A DNA stretch of 64,000 bases from Pyrinomonadaceae bacterium (GTDB taxonomy: Bacteria > Acidobacteriota > Blastocatellia > Pyrinomonadales > Pyrinomonadaceae), in the NCBI GenBank assembly GCA_041394785.1, contig JAWKHO010000014.1, positions 20,101 through 84,100 on the forward strand, written 5' to 3'. Made by a program: the position numbers and the translations under genes. Numbering within the stretch: the first letter of the stretch is position 1; every line of letters starts with the position of its first letter. Shown here piece after piece: positions 36,913-46,576 of this stretch. The notes under the pieces are model-generated. The model was not told the origin of the DNA, did not search any database, and saw only the letters and a list, made by a program, of their open reading frames with translations.

Positions 36913-39864
36913 CTAGTCAATGGAAGGCAGAATATATTTGACGCCGTCGAGAAACTGCGCTTCAAGAATATTCCCTACCGGAATTTTTCCGATTCGAATT
37001 CCGTTCTTTGATGATCTTTCCTCCTCAAAGCCGAGAGATCGAAGCTTTCGCAGCATTTCCTGATCAGCTCCATTTGTCCAAATCGCCACTTTCGCAACGT
37101 CGTCCTCAACATATTGATCTTCGTATCGAAGTGGCTTATCAACACCCTCATCGGTGTGCTTGATCAGACGAAAAACCCAGAAATGGAGTTTGTTTGCCGC
37201 GCTGATCCATTTTCTGTTATTCACATCGAGCGGCAAAACCCTCATTCCGTCAACCGACAGTACTATCGAGTCTTTGTTTACAAAATCAAAAATGATCTCA
37301 CCGCAAAATTTCAAAGGAACTCCAATAAACCTCGAGGGCTCAAATTCCCATTCGCGTGCGGCGTCTTCACTCACATTTAACAATTTCGGGTCGCCTTCGA
37401 TTGCTTTTGCCTCTGAAACCTTACCTTTTTCATCGACAGTGACGCGCACTTTAACGATCCCTTTATTGATCGACCATTTTGCATCCTTCGGATATTCAGG
37501 ACTTTTTACCGTTCGGGTACGGCCCTGCAAGTTTGTGCCATCGAAAGTACTCACCGCAAATCTCCCCGAATTCTCGTATTCAGAAAATTCAGCTCCGTCA
37601 ATGATAAAAACATTAGTAGATCCACGTAATCCCGCAAGACTTTGGCCGGTTTTGTTATCGTAAACACGCGAAGATTGATCTGAAACACCACTATTTATTC
37701 GCGAATTTGCCGGAAGTGATGCGATAGACTTCGGTGTAACAGTTGTCGAGATCTGAGCAGAAGAGGTGTTCACTACCGCTCTACCGGAACCCGAACCGAT
37801 TCCGCTTCCCTTCGCGGTTCCACTGTTTGGCGTTACACTCCGGTTTCGCTTAGTGTCTCCTGTCGTGCGCGAGACTTGGGGCAGCGAAGGTCTTGCCATA
37901 CCGGCACCCTTTTTTGTTACTGTTACACTCGTCACACCTGCAGGCAGATTTGGAATTTCGCCAGGCCCGTCTTCATTATCGTCCTCATCACCGCTAAAAG
38001 TCCCGTTCGCCAGATCAACCGGAACCTCAACTCTTATAGATTTTCCGCCTTCATTCCGAATCAGTTCTTCGACTGCGACAAACGACGTAAACTGCGTCAT
38101 CAAACGGAAATCGAGACCGATCTGCGTAATATTCTTTACAGTTTCAGACTTTGCATTCGCTTCTTCATCTTCAAAATCGTAGTTTTGGCTCATCAGTTCA
38201 TCGATCTTCTGCCGCGCCCAGAGCGTCGCCAAAACATCGTGCTTTTCTTCGCCTTCCGGAAAACTCACCTTGATCTCGCGCTCATAATCCTTGCCTCCTG
38301 CTTTTCCGCGAAGTTTTATCGTGCCTGTTGCTTCCTTTAGATAGCGTCCGTTTATCACTACCGGCTTTGCGTCAAACAGATCGGGGTTTCGCTTCGGATA
38401 AACATCGGTAACGGGTAATCCATTCCAATCAATAGAAATATCGGTCAAAAGCGGATTTCTGATCCGCTCGTAAAAACGTTTTGCCGCAGCTGAACCGTCA
38501 TCTTTCAAAGTTACGTATTCAACCTCGCCGCGACCTTCGTTTGCCATTTTGTCGAGGAGAAATCTGTTTACCGAATCGCCGATCCCGAAAGAGAATACGC
38601 GCGCATTCGGATGTTTTTGAATTTCGGCGATGATCTGAGATTCATTTCCGATAAGTCCATCGGTCATAAAATTCACGATCCGTATGTGCTCGCCGGAATC
38701 GCTTTCCTTAAATGCGGCTTCGATCGCTTTCATCATTTCGGTTCCGCCGTTTCCGTTTCGCGATTCAAGAAATTCTAATGCCCGCTCCATGTTTGCCTGT
38801 GTTGCGATCACAGGTTTTTCAAACAAAACCTCCGTATCCCCGGCAAACGTGATCAGATTAAACGTGTCATTCGGATAGAGACCTTCAAGCGACATTTTCA
38901 TCGCTTCCTTTGCCTTTTCGATCGGAAAACCGTTCATCGAACCCGAAGTATCGAGTACAAAAATTATCTCTTTTGGCAAGACATCCTTAACCTTGAATTC
39001 CGCTGGCGGAGAAAGCATCATCGAAAAAAACCCGCCGCGCCCGTCCTTGTGAGCAAGTATCGCGTCTTCGATCCTTTTTCCGGCGATTTCGTATCTCAAT
39101 ACAAAATCGCGGTTTGGGATCGTATCTTCTTCCTTAAGGGAAATTTTCGCGCTGTTAGCTGTGAGCTTTTCGCTGTTTATTTCGTGAAGTGTCGAAGTGA
39201 TATTTTCTATCGGAACTCCGGCATCGAGATCCACATCAATCGAAATATCATTTCCTACGCGCGTTTTTGAGACCGGAGGAGTAACTTTTGCCGCAGCATC
39301 TTTCCCCATCGCCTTCGGAGAATATCTCGGCGCGACGACCATCGGAAAAACAAATTCATAAGCTCCGTTTTGATATTTCAGAGTTTCGATATAGCTGATC
39401 TCGATAACGATCTTTTCACCCGGAAGAATATTCGCGACAGACTGCGTAAACACGTTCGCGCGCTCCTGATCGAGCAGGCTTGCAGTTTTTCCCTGTGTTT
39501 TTGCATTCTCATAGATCTTTCGAGCTTCTTCGCGCTGCTTGATCTTCCCGAGGATCGTCCGGTTGCCGATCTTCATCGTCATTTTATCGACCGCTGAATT
39601 TTGAGAAAGAGGAAAAATGTAAACCGCTTCGATCGGCTGATCAAAATTGTTCTCAAACTCCTGTTCGACATTTACGCGCGCAAGAAAACCGCTGATCTCG
39701 GTTTTGACTCTTGTGTGCTTGAGCGGTGACTGTCCGAGTGATTTACCTTTTTTTGTATAAACATCAAGCCTTCCCTGCGTTACATCCGGATCTGAACTGC
39801 TTCTGACTGGCGCGGAAAAATATGCGAACAGAAATATCGAGAGCAGTAATGAGAGCTTTCTCAT
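36913..39864 (-). CDS. Secreted VIT plus von Willebrand factor A protein with a TonB_C-like domain and an extra C-terminal domain
   Basis: VIT region: EISGFLARVNVEQEFEN...AVDKMTMKIGNRTILGKI. VWA MIDAS: FVLDTSGSM. TonB_C-like region: EYPKDAKWSINKGIVKVRVTVDEKGKV...AAREWEFEP. The start is taken at MRKLSLLL (signal peptide), although the ORF is open to 39933. Confidence 0.75.
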   Translation of the reverse strand: MRKLSLLLSIFLFAYFSAPVRSSSDPDVTQGRLDVYTKKGKSLGQSPLKHTRVKTEISGFLARVNVEQEFENNFDQPIEAVYIFPLSQNSAVDKMTMKIGNRTILGKIKQREEARKIYENAKTQGKTASLLDQERANVFTQSVANILPGEKIVIEISYIETLKYQNGAYEFVFPMVVAPRYSPKAMGKDAAAKVTPPVSKTRVGNDISIDVDLDAGVPIENITSTLHEINSEKLTANSAKISLKEEDTIPNRDFVLRYEIAGKRIEDAILAHKDGRGGFFSMMLSPPAEFKVKDVLPKEIIFVLDTSGSMNGFPIEKAKEAMKMSLEGLYPNDTFNLITFAGDTEVLFEKPVIATQANMERALEFLESRNGNGGTEMMKAIEAAFKESDSGEHIRIVNFMTDGLIGNESQIIAEIQKHPNARVFSFGIGDSVNRFLLDKMANEGRGEVEYVTLKDDGSAAAKRFYERIRNPLLTDISIDWNGLPVTDVYPKRNPDLFDAKPVVINGRYLKEATGTIKLRGKAGGKDYEREIKVSFPEGEEKHDVLATLWARQKIDELMSQNYDFEDEEANAKSETVKNITQIGLDFRLMTQFTSFVAVEELIRNEGGKSIRVEVPVDLANGTFSGDEDDNEDGPGEIPNLPAGVTSVTVTKKGAGMARPSLPQVSRTTGDTKRNRSVTPNSGTAKGSGIGSGSGRAVVNTSSAQISTTVTPKSIASLPANSRINSGVSDQSSRVYDNKTGQSLAGLRGSTNVFIIDGAEFSEYENSGRFAVSTFDGTNLQGRTRTVKSPEYPKDAKWSINKGIVKVRVTVDEKGKVSEAKAIEGDPKLLNVSEDAAREWEFEPSRFIGVPLKFCGEIIFDFVNKDSIVLSVDGMRVLPLDVNNRKWISAANKLHFWVFRLIKHTDEGVDKPLRYEDQYVEDDVAKVAIWTNGADQEMLRKLRSLGFEEERSSKNGIRIGKIPVGNILEAQFLDGVKYILPSID

Positions 39865-40030
39865 AGGATTCTCCTTTTGATCTGAGTAAATATGCGTTGT
39901 CGGGGAAGACAGGTTATATGCCGACTTTGACACACCAACTCCGCAAAAGGTTCCCTCAGTGGAAATTAAAAATTATGTGAATTTGTTGTGGAAGACACCG
40001 GGAGGTGCATTGTCAAAACTGTTTTCAATA

Positions 40031-40214
40031 TCGCTGAAAGCGACCAATATAATAGCGTCGGGAGAATCCCGACGTAGAATTGACGTGTCCTCTGTCCCTG
40101 AAGGGGACTTACTCTGACCGCCTTTTGTTAGTTAGTCACTTTCAGCGACGAATACTTGCTTCTGAGTTTCGTCGGGATCCTCCCGACGCTATTGAATTTG
40201 TCCGCTTCACGGAC
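40031..40214. repeat. Hairpin-mosaic nested palindromic element, copy B
   Basis: Left arm aatagcgtcgggagaatcccgacgt (40051..40075) and right arm cgtcgggatcctcccgacgctatt (40170..40193). Hairpins tcgctgaaagcga, gtccctgaaggggac, gtcactttcagcgac and gtccgcttcacggac. Confidence 0.8.
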
Positions 40215-40249
40215 TCAATATACTTTTTAAGCGGTAGGTAGTTAAAGAT

Positions 40250-40708
40250 CTAATTCTTCTTAAAACTCGCCGCCATTACATTATCCCGCTTTGGAAAATG
40301 AAAAAGCATGCCGAGAATGCCGACGGCAAACCACACAAAGAAGTATTGATATTCGGCGATAAATGCGAGCATCACTCCGAAAAGGGAAACCGATTCACAA
40401 AGTGCGCAGCCGACGATCAAAGCGGTTTGCACAAAGCTGACATTTTGCTGTTCGATCGCCTGATCGAGGAATTTCTTTTTGAGTGCAAATGAAAGAATTA
40501 GATTGATAATTCCAACGACCGCAAAGATACCGATGATAACTGCGTTTTGATCGATCACCGGTTTTGTAAAGTCAAACTCGAATACACTTGGTTCGGCAAA
40601 AAAGAGCACCACAATAAAGATGAACTGTGATGTGAAAAGTGCGAGCCATATCATCGCCAAATTATTGTAGACCGCTTCCGCCGGGACCTTTTGATTTTGT
40701 TCACTCAT
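40250..40708 (-). CDS. Small integral membrane protein (about 4 TM), function unknown
   Basis: Four hydrophobic segments. It sits 5 nt downstream of the ABC transporter gene on the same strand. Confidence 0.5.
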   Translation of the reverse strand: MSEQNQKVPAEAVYNNLAMIWLALFTSQFIFIVVLFFAEPSVFEFDFTKPVIDQNAVIIGIFAVVGIINLILSFALKKKFLDQAIEQQNVSFVQTALIVGCALCESVSLFGVMLAFIAEYQYFFVWFAVGILGMLFHFPKRDNVMAASFKKN

Positions 40709-40713
40709 AATTT

Positions 40714-42549
40714 TTAATCCGTCGCTTCGATCTCTTCTTCAAGCAGCTGCCGCTGATAGAGATCGGCGTATTCACCGTTTAATGCAAGTAGTTCTTCGTG
40801 TGTTCCGCGTTCGATTATCTCGCCGTTTTGCATTACGCAGATCTGATCGGCATCTTTGATGGTCGAGATCCGGTGCGAAACAATAAGAGTTGTCCGTCCG
40901 CTGCGGACATCGCGAAGACCGTGCAGTATTTTTTCTTCCGTCAGTGTATCAACCGCAGATAGCGAATCATCGAGGATCAGAATTCTCGGATTTCGCATCA
41001 CCGCCCGCGCGATCGCCGTGCGCTGTTTTTGCCCGCCGGAAAGAGTGATCCCGCGCTCGCCTACAAGCTGCTGATAACCGTTTGGAAAACCGCGAATATC
41101 ATCTGTCATGCCGGCAACCGCGGCAGCTTTTTCGACGGACATTTTACCGCTGAATCGCTGAGACGCAGAGATTTTTTCTATACCTGCAAACTCCGATGAA
41201 TTTTCTTTTCCTAACTTTTTCTCCGCGTCTCCGGGCCTCCGCGGTTTAATATCTACCCCAAATTTAATATTTGATTCAAGCGTGTTGCTGAACAAGAACG
41301 TCTCCTGCTGAACAAAACCGATCGAATTTCTCAACTGCTTGAGCGGAAAACGGTTTACCGGAATATCATCTACAAAAACCATTTCACTCTCAGTATCCAT
41401 CAGCCGCGGCACAAGACTGACAAGCGTCGATTTCCCGCTTCCGGTCTTTCCGACAAAGGCGACGGTCGTGCCCGGCGCGATCGTAAGATCGATATTCCTG
41501 AGCGTCGGCGTGCCGTTGTAGGCAAAATTAAGATCGCGGAATTCGATCTTCCCTTTGATCTTCGGCTGCTTCACTACGTCAGGCGCATCTTTTATCGAAG
41601 GCTCGGCTTCGAGGATCGCGTTAAATCGTTTCAGGCTTGCCGTTCCGCGCTGATAGAGATTGACAACATATCCGAGCGCGATCAGATACCAGATCATTCT
41701 CTGGAGATACAGGATAAACGCGGTGAATTCTCCTGCCGTGATCTCACCGCGGACCGCCATCGGTACGCCTACCGCAACGATGATCACAAAACTCAATCCT
41801 ATAAAAAAGAACAGAAGCGGACGCATTGCCGCTGCAAATTTTACAAGCGAAATGTTCTTTCTGGCATATTCGGAATTGAGTTTCTCAAACTGTTCGATCT
41901 CGGCGTCTTCCTGTGCATAAGCACGGATCACGCGTGCGCCGTTCAGATTCTCCTGTGCACGCGCCGTAATTCCGGAGAAGAATTCCTGGATCGCTTCAAA
42001 TCTGATGTAGATCTGCTGACCGAGGTATTTAACGGTAAGCGAAACAAACGGAAGCGGGATCAGCAAAAAGAGTGTCAGCTTAGCAGATATTCCGAACATG
42101 ATCGGGAGTACGACGGCAAGCGCGAAGATCGCCTGAAACGAATAGAGGATCATCGGTCCGACGATCTGCCGGACAGCTCCGAGATCGTTGGTCGCGCGTG
42201 CCATCAGATCGCCGACGCGGTTGTTATGAAAATACTCGAGCGGCTGATCGATCAGTGCGTCATAAAAATCGCGGCGCATATCATATTCGATATCGCGCGA
42301 AGTATTTATCAGAAGTTTCCGCTGCCAGTAGAGAAAAACCGCACCGACAAGACTCACGCCGAGGATCACTAAAGGAAAGTAGATAACCTTGTTCCAGGTT
42401 ACGTCTTTGCTCAGTTCGTCGATCGCCATACCAACGAGATACGGGATCAGCAGATTGAACATCATCCCGAAAAGAATGCAGAGAATGCCGAAAATAACCC
42501 GCCATTTGTAAGGTTTGAAATAACGGCTGAATTTTCTCAGTTCTTCCAT
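40714..42549 (-). CDS. ABC exporter, fused permease and ATPase (MsbA-like half transporter)
   Basis: Six-TM N-terminal half, Walker [10 protein letters not shown], signature LSGGQKQR, and Walker B ILILDDS. Confidence 0.85.
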   Translation of the reverse strand: MEELRKFSRYFKPYKWRVIFGILCILFGMMFNLLIPYLVGMAIDELSKDVTWNKVIYFPLVILGVSLVGAVFLYWQRKLLINTSRDIEYDMRRDFYDALIDQPLEYFHNNRVGDLMARATNDLGAVRQIVGPMILYSFQAIFALAVVLPIMFGISAKLTLFLLIPLPFVSLTVKYLGQQIYIRFEAIQEFFSGITARAQENLNGARVIRAYAQEDAEIEQFEKLNSEYARKNISLVKFAAAMRPLLFFFIGLSFVIIVAVGVPMAVRGEITAGEFTAFILYLQRMIWYLIALGYVVNLYQRGTASLKRFNAILEAEPSIKDAPDVVKQPKIKGKIEFRDLNFAYNGTPTLRNIDLTIAPGTTVAFVGKTGSGKSTLVSLVPRLMDTESEMVFVDDIPVNRFPLKQLRNSIGFVQQETFLFSNTLESNIKFGVDIKPRRPGDAEKKLGKENSSEFAGIEKISASQRFSGKMSVEKAAAVAGMTDDIRGFPNGYQQLVGERGITLSGGQKQRTAIARAVMRNPRILILDDSLSAVDTLTEEKILHGLRDVRSGRTTLIVSHRISTIKDADQICVMQNGEIIERGTHEELLALNGEYADLYQRQLLEEEIEATD

Positions 42550-43251
42550 TTATTGCTTTTTTTCCTGTTCAGTTTCCGTTTCGGTTTCCGGCTTGTAACC
42601 GGCCGGAATTTCAAAATATTTTGCGTCGGCCTGGGTTTTTGTGTTTTTCAGCTCGATCGAATAGCTCAGCGTTTCCTTTTCACTGTTTACCGAATAAAAC
42701 TCTTGTTTTACCGGGATCTGCAGTTTCTCGTCAAAAAAAACCAGAATCTCGGATCCCTTTTTGTCTTCGATCGTCACGCGGTATTTCTTCAGACCTTCTT
42801 CTGTTCCGAGATCTTCAAATTTTGCGCCTTTCTTTTCATTGAGCCATTTTGTCGTCAAAAAATGTCTTAGGTCGCCGGAATCGGCAGTGGCGGCGGATTG
42901 CGCCGCGCGGCGGTAAGTTTTGGTGCTCATGTTTAGCAAAAATCTCTCACCGTCCGCTTTTTCGAGGATCGCTGTCTCATTTTTTTCGCCGTGGTCAAAT
43001 GAACGATAAGACGCGCCGTTTCTTACTGCCAGAAAATACTTTTTTTCCGAACCGGCGCCGTCGATAAAAGCCGAAACAAGGATCTCCGTTTCGAAATTAT
43101 CCGGTTCTTTTGTCGAAAACGGCGCGGTTTGCTTCGGCAGATCGATCTCCCCGTCAGACGCATTTTCTTTTTGGAAAAACCTGCACGCGGTGAAAAAAAT
43201 GATCGGCGCGATGAGTGCGATGAGAAGCTTTTTATGATTTGACGTAAGCAT
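42550..43251 (-). CDS. Putative lipoprotein, function unknown
   Basis: The N-terminus LIALIAPIIFFTAC is lipobox-like. Its stop abuts the ABC gene start, which suggests an operon. Confidence 0.5.
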   Translation of the reverse strand: MLTSNHKKLLIALIAPIIFFTACRFFQKENASDGEIDLPKQTAPFSTKEPDNFETEILVSAFIDGAGSEKKYFLAVRNGASYRSFDHGEKNETAILEKADGERFLLNMSTKTYRRAAQSAATADSGDLRHFLTTKWLNEKKGAKFEDLGTEEGLKKYRVTIEDKKGSEILVFFDEKLQIPVKQEFYSVNSEKETLSYSIELKNTKTQADAKYFEIPAGYKPETETETEQEKKQ

Positions 43252-43274
43252 TGGCGAAATGAGATTTTAACACA

Positions 43275-44072
43275 ATGGCGGAAACGCAAAGAAACATCAG
43301 CGCTCAAAATCCGGCGCGCGAATTCGACCTAAAAAAACTGCAGACGGCATACGTTTACGGCGGCCTGTGTCTGCTGCCGTTTGCTCCTTTTCTGTACCTG
43401 CAGGGGCAATATACACGCTGGAAAGTGGGCCGGCTTCCCGATGCCGGGGGCGCGACGACGGGAGAATCCGCATCTTCGGGCGAGAAGATCAGATTCCTTG
43501 CGATCGGCGAATCGACCGTCGCCGGGATCGGCGCCGAAACCCATGCCGAAGCCCTGACCGGACAATTTGCAAAACATCTTTCAAAACATCTCGGAAAAAA
43601 AGTGGAGTGGCACGCGATGGGTCACAGCGGGATAACGATTCGAAGGACTTTAGATGAACTCGTCCCGGATCTGCCGGAAAAGGAATTTGACGCGATCCTC
43701 GTAGCTCTCGGTGGAAACGATGTATTTACGGTAAACAGCCCGGAGAGTTTCCGGCGGGATATGAAAGAGCTTCTCGATATTCTGCGCGAAAAAAATCCCG
43801 GCGCAAAGATCTTTCTGGCAAATGTTCCGATGGTCCGCGATTTTACAGCATTGCCGAATCCGCTTCGCTACATACTTTCACGTCTCGCAAAACTTCATCA
43901 TTTTAACGCGATCGATCTCGCTTCCGGGATGAAGGAAGTTTATTACTATCGCGATGCCGGTAAAGTAAAGGATGATTTTTTCAGCGACGGAATTCATCCC
44001 TCCGCTCACGGCTACGACCTTTGGTCAGAGGCGATGGTTGACTATTTTATAAAGATAGCGGGAAAATTCTAG
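43275..44072 (+). CDS. SGNH/GDSL-family hydrolase
   Basis: Block I FLAIGESTVAGIG, block III LGGNDV, and block V SDGIHPS. Confidence 0.75.
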   Translation: MAETQRNISAQNPAREFDLKKLQTAYVYGGLCLLPFAPFLYLQGQYTRWKVGRLPDAGGATTGESASSGEKIRFLAIGESTVAGIGAETHAEALTGQFAKHLSKHLGKKVEWHAMGHSGITIRRTLDELVPDLPEKEFDAILVALGGNDVFTVNSPESFRRDMKELLDILREKNPGAKIFLANVPMVRDFTALPNPLRYILSRLAKLHHFNAIDLASGMKEVYYYRDAGKVKDDFFSDGIHPSAHGYDLWSEAMVDYFIKIAGKF

Positions 44073-44099
44073 AAAGACGCCGCCTGATAAATCAGCAAA

Positions 44100-45587
44100 A
44101 TGAAAGACAGTGACCTCACAACACTGGAAACCCTTCTCAGCGCCAATATCGAATGGCTGATCACGAATCCTTCAGGCGTGCCCTTCCCGCTCCGGTCCGG
44201 CGAGATCGAGATAGAAAAGGCTTCGGGCAAAGTTCTTTTTAGCTTTCCTGCAAAAAACGGATTTCAAACGTGGAGAATTACGGGGATCGAATTTGACCGC
44301 CCGAAGATCGTGCTCGATCTCTCTCGGAACTTTGGAAACGAAAACCACAGATTCGAACTGATCCCGCGGGCAAGTGCAGAAGAATTTAGCGGAGCGGTCG
44401 AGATTGCGCGTCTCAAAAGAGTAAACAATATCGCCAGGCTTCTTCCCGCGGAATTCCCGGGCGTAAAAGTGATCCGGGCAGAATTGAACCGCGAAAACGG
44501 ACGGTTTGCACAGATCCTGATCGAAAACAATGACCGCACATATTCGACAGTGATCGCCGATGTTTCGGACACGCTCTCTCCCGAAATACTTCTCGCTTCG
44601 GCCATCTTCACAAAGTTACGGTCCGGAAAGAACCGGAAGTATGCCGTTTCAGACGTCAGGATTCTGTGTGAAAAGCGGGTCGCCAACAAGCTCGAAAGGC
44701 TTCATGCTTGTTTGAATGAATCCTGGAAGAGAAATATCCGTCTATATAAATTATCCGAATGCGATTCCGGGTCTGAAATATCTGCGGTCAGCGATCTATC
44801 AATAAGCGATCTCTGGCGATCGAAGCCGAGAAAACTTCATGCGCTCAAGCAGCGTCAGCTTTCAAAAACCGCCGCCGAGATCAAAAAACTTTCCCCCGGG
44901 GAGATCGATCATATTTATTCAAAGAACGGTGAAACGCTCCGCTATCTCGGTTTGCCGTTTCTGCGTTCAAGGAATATTTCAGGGAATGAGAAGATCTGGT
45001 TTGGGGTAGAAAGAGCAAGACAAACGCTTGATGAAGGATCTATCGAAGACCTCTATGACCTTTTCGAGCAGCTGAAAAAATACAGAAAACACGATCCGCC
45101 AAACCCGCAGCATCTTTTTTATCAAATGGCTCCGGAAGCCTGGCTCGAATCGCTTCTCCGGCAGAATATAAAACTGCTCGATGCGAATCTGATCCTCTCG
45201 CCGATCTACAATCAATTCCGCACATCGCAGGATAAGATCGATCTTCTCGCGCTCCGCAAAGACGGCCGTCTCGTGATCATCGAATTAAAAGTTTCCGCCG
45301 ACCGCGAAATGATTTTTCAGGCCGTTGATTATTGGAGAAAGATAGAACTGCAGCGACGAAGCGGAGTTTTCAACAAAGCCGGACTTTTCGGAGAAGCAGT
45401 GATTTCGGACAAACCTGCGATCGTCTACCTCGTCGCGCCGACGCTCGGCTATCATCCTGATTTTGACTTTCTTTCAAAAACGCTTTCGACCGAGATCGAG
45501 ATCTACCGGTTTGATCTCGCGGAAAACTGGCGAAAAGAAATTAAAGTGCTGAGAAGGTCGAGAGTAAATCACTTTGCCCGCGAATAA
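44100..45587 (+). CDS. Hypothetical protein with C-terminal PD-(D/E)xK nuclease-like module
   Basis: IDLLALRKDGRLVIIELKVSADREMIFQAVDYW resembles the D...(D/E)xK core of the restriction-endonuclease fold. I do not recognise the N-terminal 370 aa. Confidence 0.4.
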   Translation: MKDSDLTTLETLLSANIEWLITNPSGVPFPLRSGEIEIEKASGKVLFSFPAKNGFQTWRITGIEFDRPKIVLDLSRNFGNENHRFELIPRASAEEFSGAVEIARLKRVNNIARLLPAEFPGVKVIRAELNRENGRFAQILIENNDRTYSTVIADVSDTLSPEILLASAIFTKLRSGKNRKYAVSDVRILCEKRVANKLERLHACLNESWKRNIRLYKLSECDSGSEISAVSDLSISDLWRSKPRKLHALKQRQLSKTAAEIKKLSPGEIDHIYSKNGETLRYLGLPFLRSRNISGNEKIWFGVERARQTLDEGSIEDLYDLFEQLKKYRKHDPPNPQHLFYQMAPEAWLESLLRQNIKLLDANLILSPIYNQFRTSQDKIDLLALRKDGRLVIIELKVSADREMIFQAVDYWRKIELQRRSGVFNKAGLFGEAVISDKPAIVYLVAPTLGYHPDFDFLSKTLSTEIEIYRFDLAENWRKEIKVLRRSRVNHFARE

Positions 45588-45808
45588 CGCGAATCGGTGC
45601 GAATAAAGAAATATAAATTTTTAAGCGGGATCCGGCATGAAAATAATTAAGAACGTCACGCAAAAAATCTCGGCGTCTCTGCGAGCAATTTTTGTTTCGC
45701 ATTACAAGAGTTTTCCCGCGAAGGCGCAAAGCAATACTTAAAACCGATCTATCGAGATCAACCTTCCTGCGAAAAGCGAACTGCGTACAGCTTGTCACCA
45801 ATTACCTA

Positions 45809-46528
45809 TCACGAATCGAAGTTCACAAACCTGTACCCGACTCCGCGAACGGTTTCAAGGATTTTCGGGTTTGTCGGATCATCTTCAAGATATCTGCGCA
45901 AACGGACGATAAAATTATCGATCGCGCGCGTGTCCGTTTCTTCATGCAAGCCCCAAACCTCTTCCAGAATTTCCTTTCTCGAAACCGCATTTCCGTGATT
46001 TTGTATAAGATGCCGCAACAGCTTTGCTTCCATCAGGGTCAGCTGGATCGTTTCTTCCGCGGTCTTTAATTCGAGATTTGTAAAATCGATCGTTTTATCT
46101 TTTAGGGTGAAAATATCCGAATCGTTCTCCTGTTCGCCCGAAGCGGTATTTTGCGACCATTTCTGACGGCGGAGCAGTCCTTTGAGACGCGCGATAAAAA
46201 TGCTCAGCTCAAACGGTTTCGGCAGATAATCATCCGTTCCCGCTTCAAATCCGAGCAGCACATCTTCGGGCCGGCTACGGGCCGTCAGCATCAGGATCGG
46301 AGTGTAATTTTCTGCGCTTCGCAGTTTCTGTGCGATCTCAAAACCGTTAAACTTCGGGAGCATAACATCCAATACGATCGCGTCAAATTTCGCATTATCG
46401 TCAAACAGAAGATCCAGAGCGGCCTCACCGTCTTCCGCGACATCCACCAAAAAGCCTTCCGCCTCGAGATTGAACCGGATCCCGTCGGCAATATGCGCCT
46501 CATCTTCAACTACCAAGATCTTATTCAT
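45809..46528 (-). CDS. OmpR/PhoB-type response regulator
   Basis: Receiver start KILVVEDE, then DVMLP. Winged-helix C-terminus ...TVRGVGYRF. Confidence 0.85.
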   Translation of the reverse strand: MNKILVVEDEAHIADGIRFNLEAEGFLVDVAEDGEAALDLLFDDNAKFDAIVLDVMLPKFNGFEIAQKLRSAENYTPILMLTARSRPEDVLLGFEAGTDDYLPKPFELSIFIARLKGLLRRQKWSQNTASGEQENDSDIFTLKDKTIDFTNLELKTAEETIQLTLMEAKLLRHLIQNHGNAVSRKEILEEVWGLHEETDTRAIDNFIVRLRRYLEDDPTNPKILETVRGVGYRFVNFDS

Positions 46529-46576
46529 CTGAATCGAGTTTATAGACCGAAATGGCAGAAATAAAGGAAGGTATCA

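Noticed and set aside
45541-45801. An 86-aa minus-strand ORF between the nuclease-like gene and the response regulator
   Set aside because: It overlaps the 3' end of the 44100..45587 CDS, lacks an RBS and has no recognisable features. It is likely non-coding.
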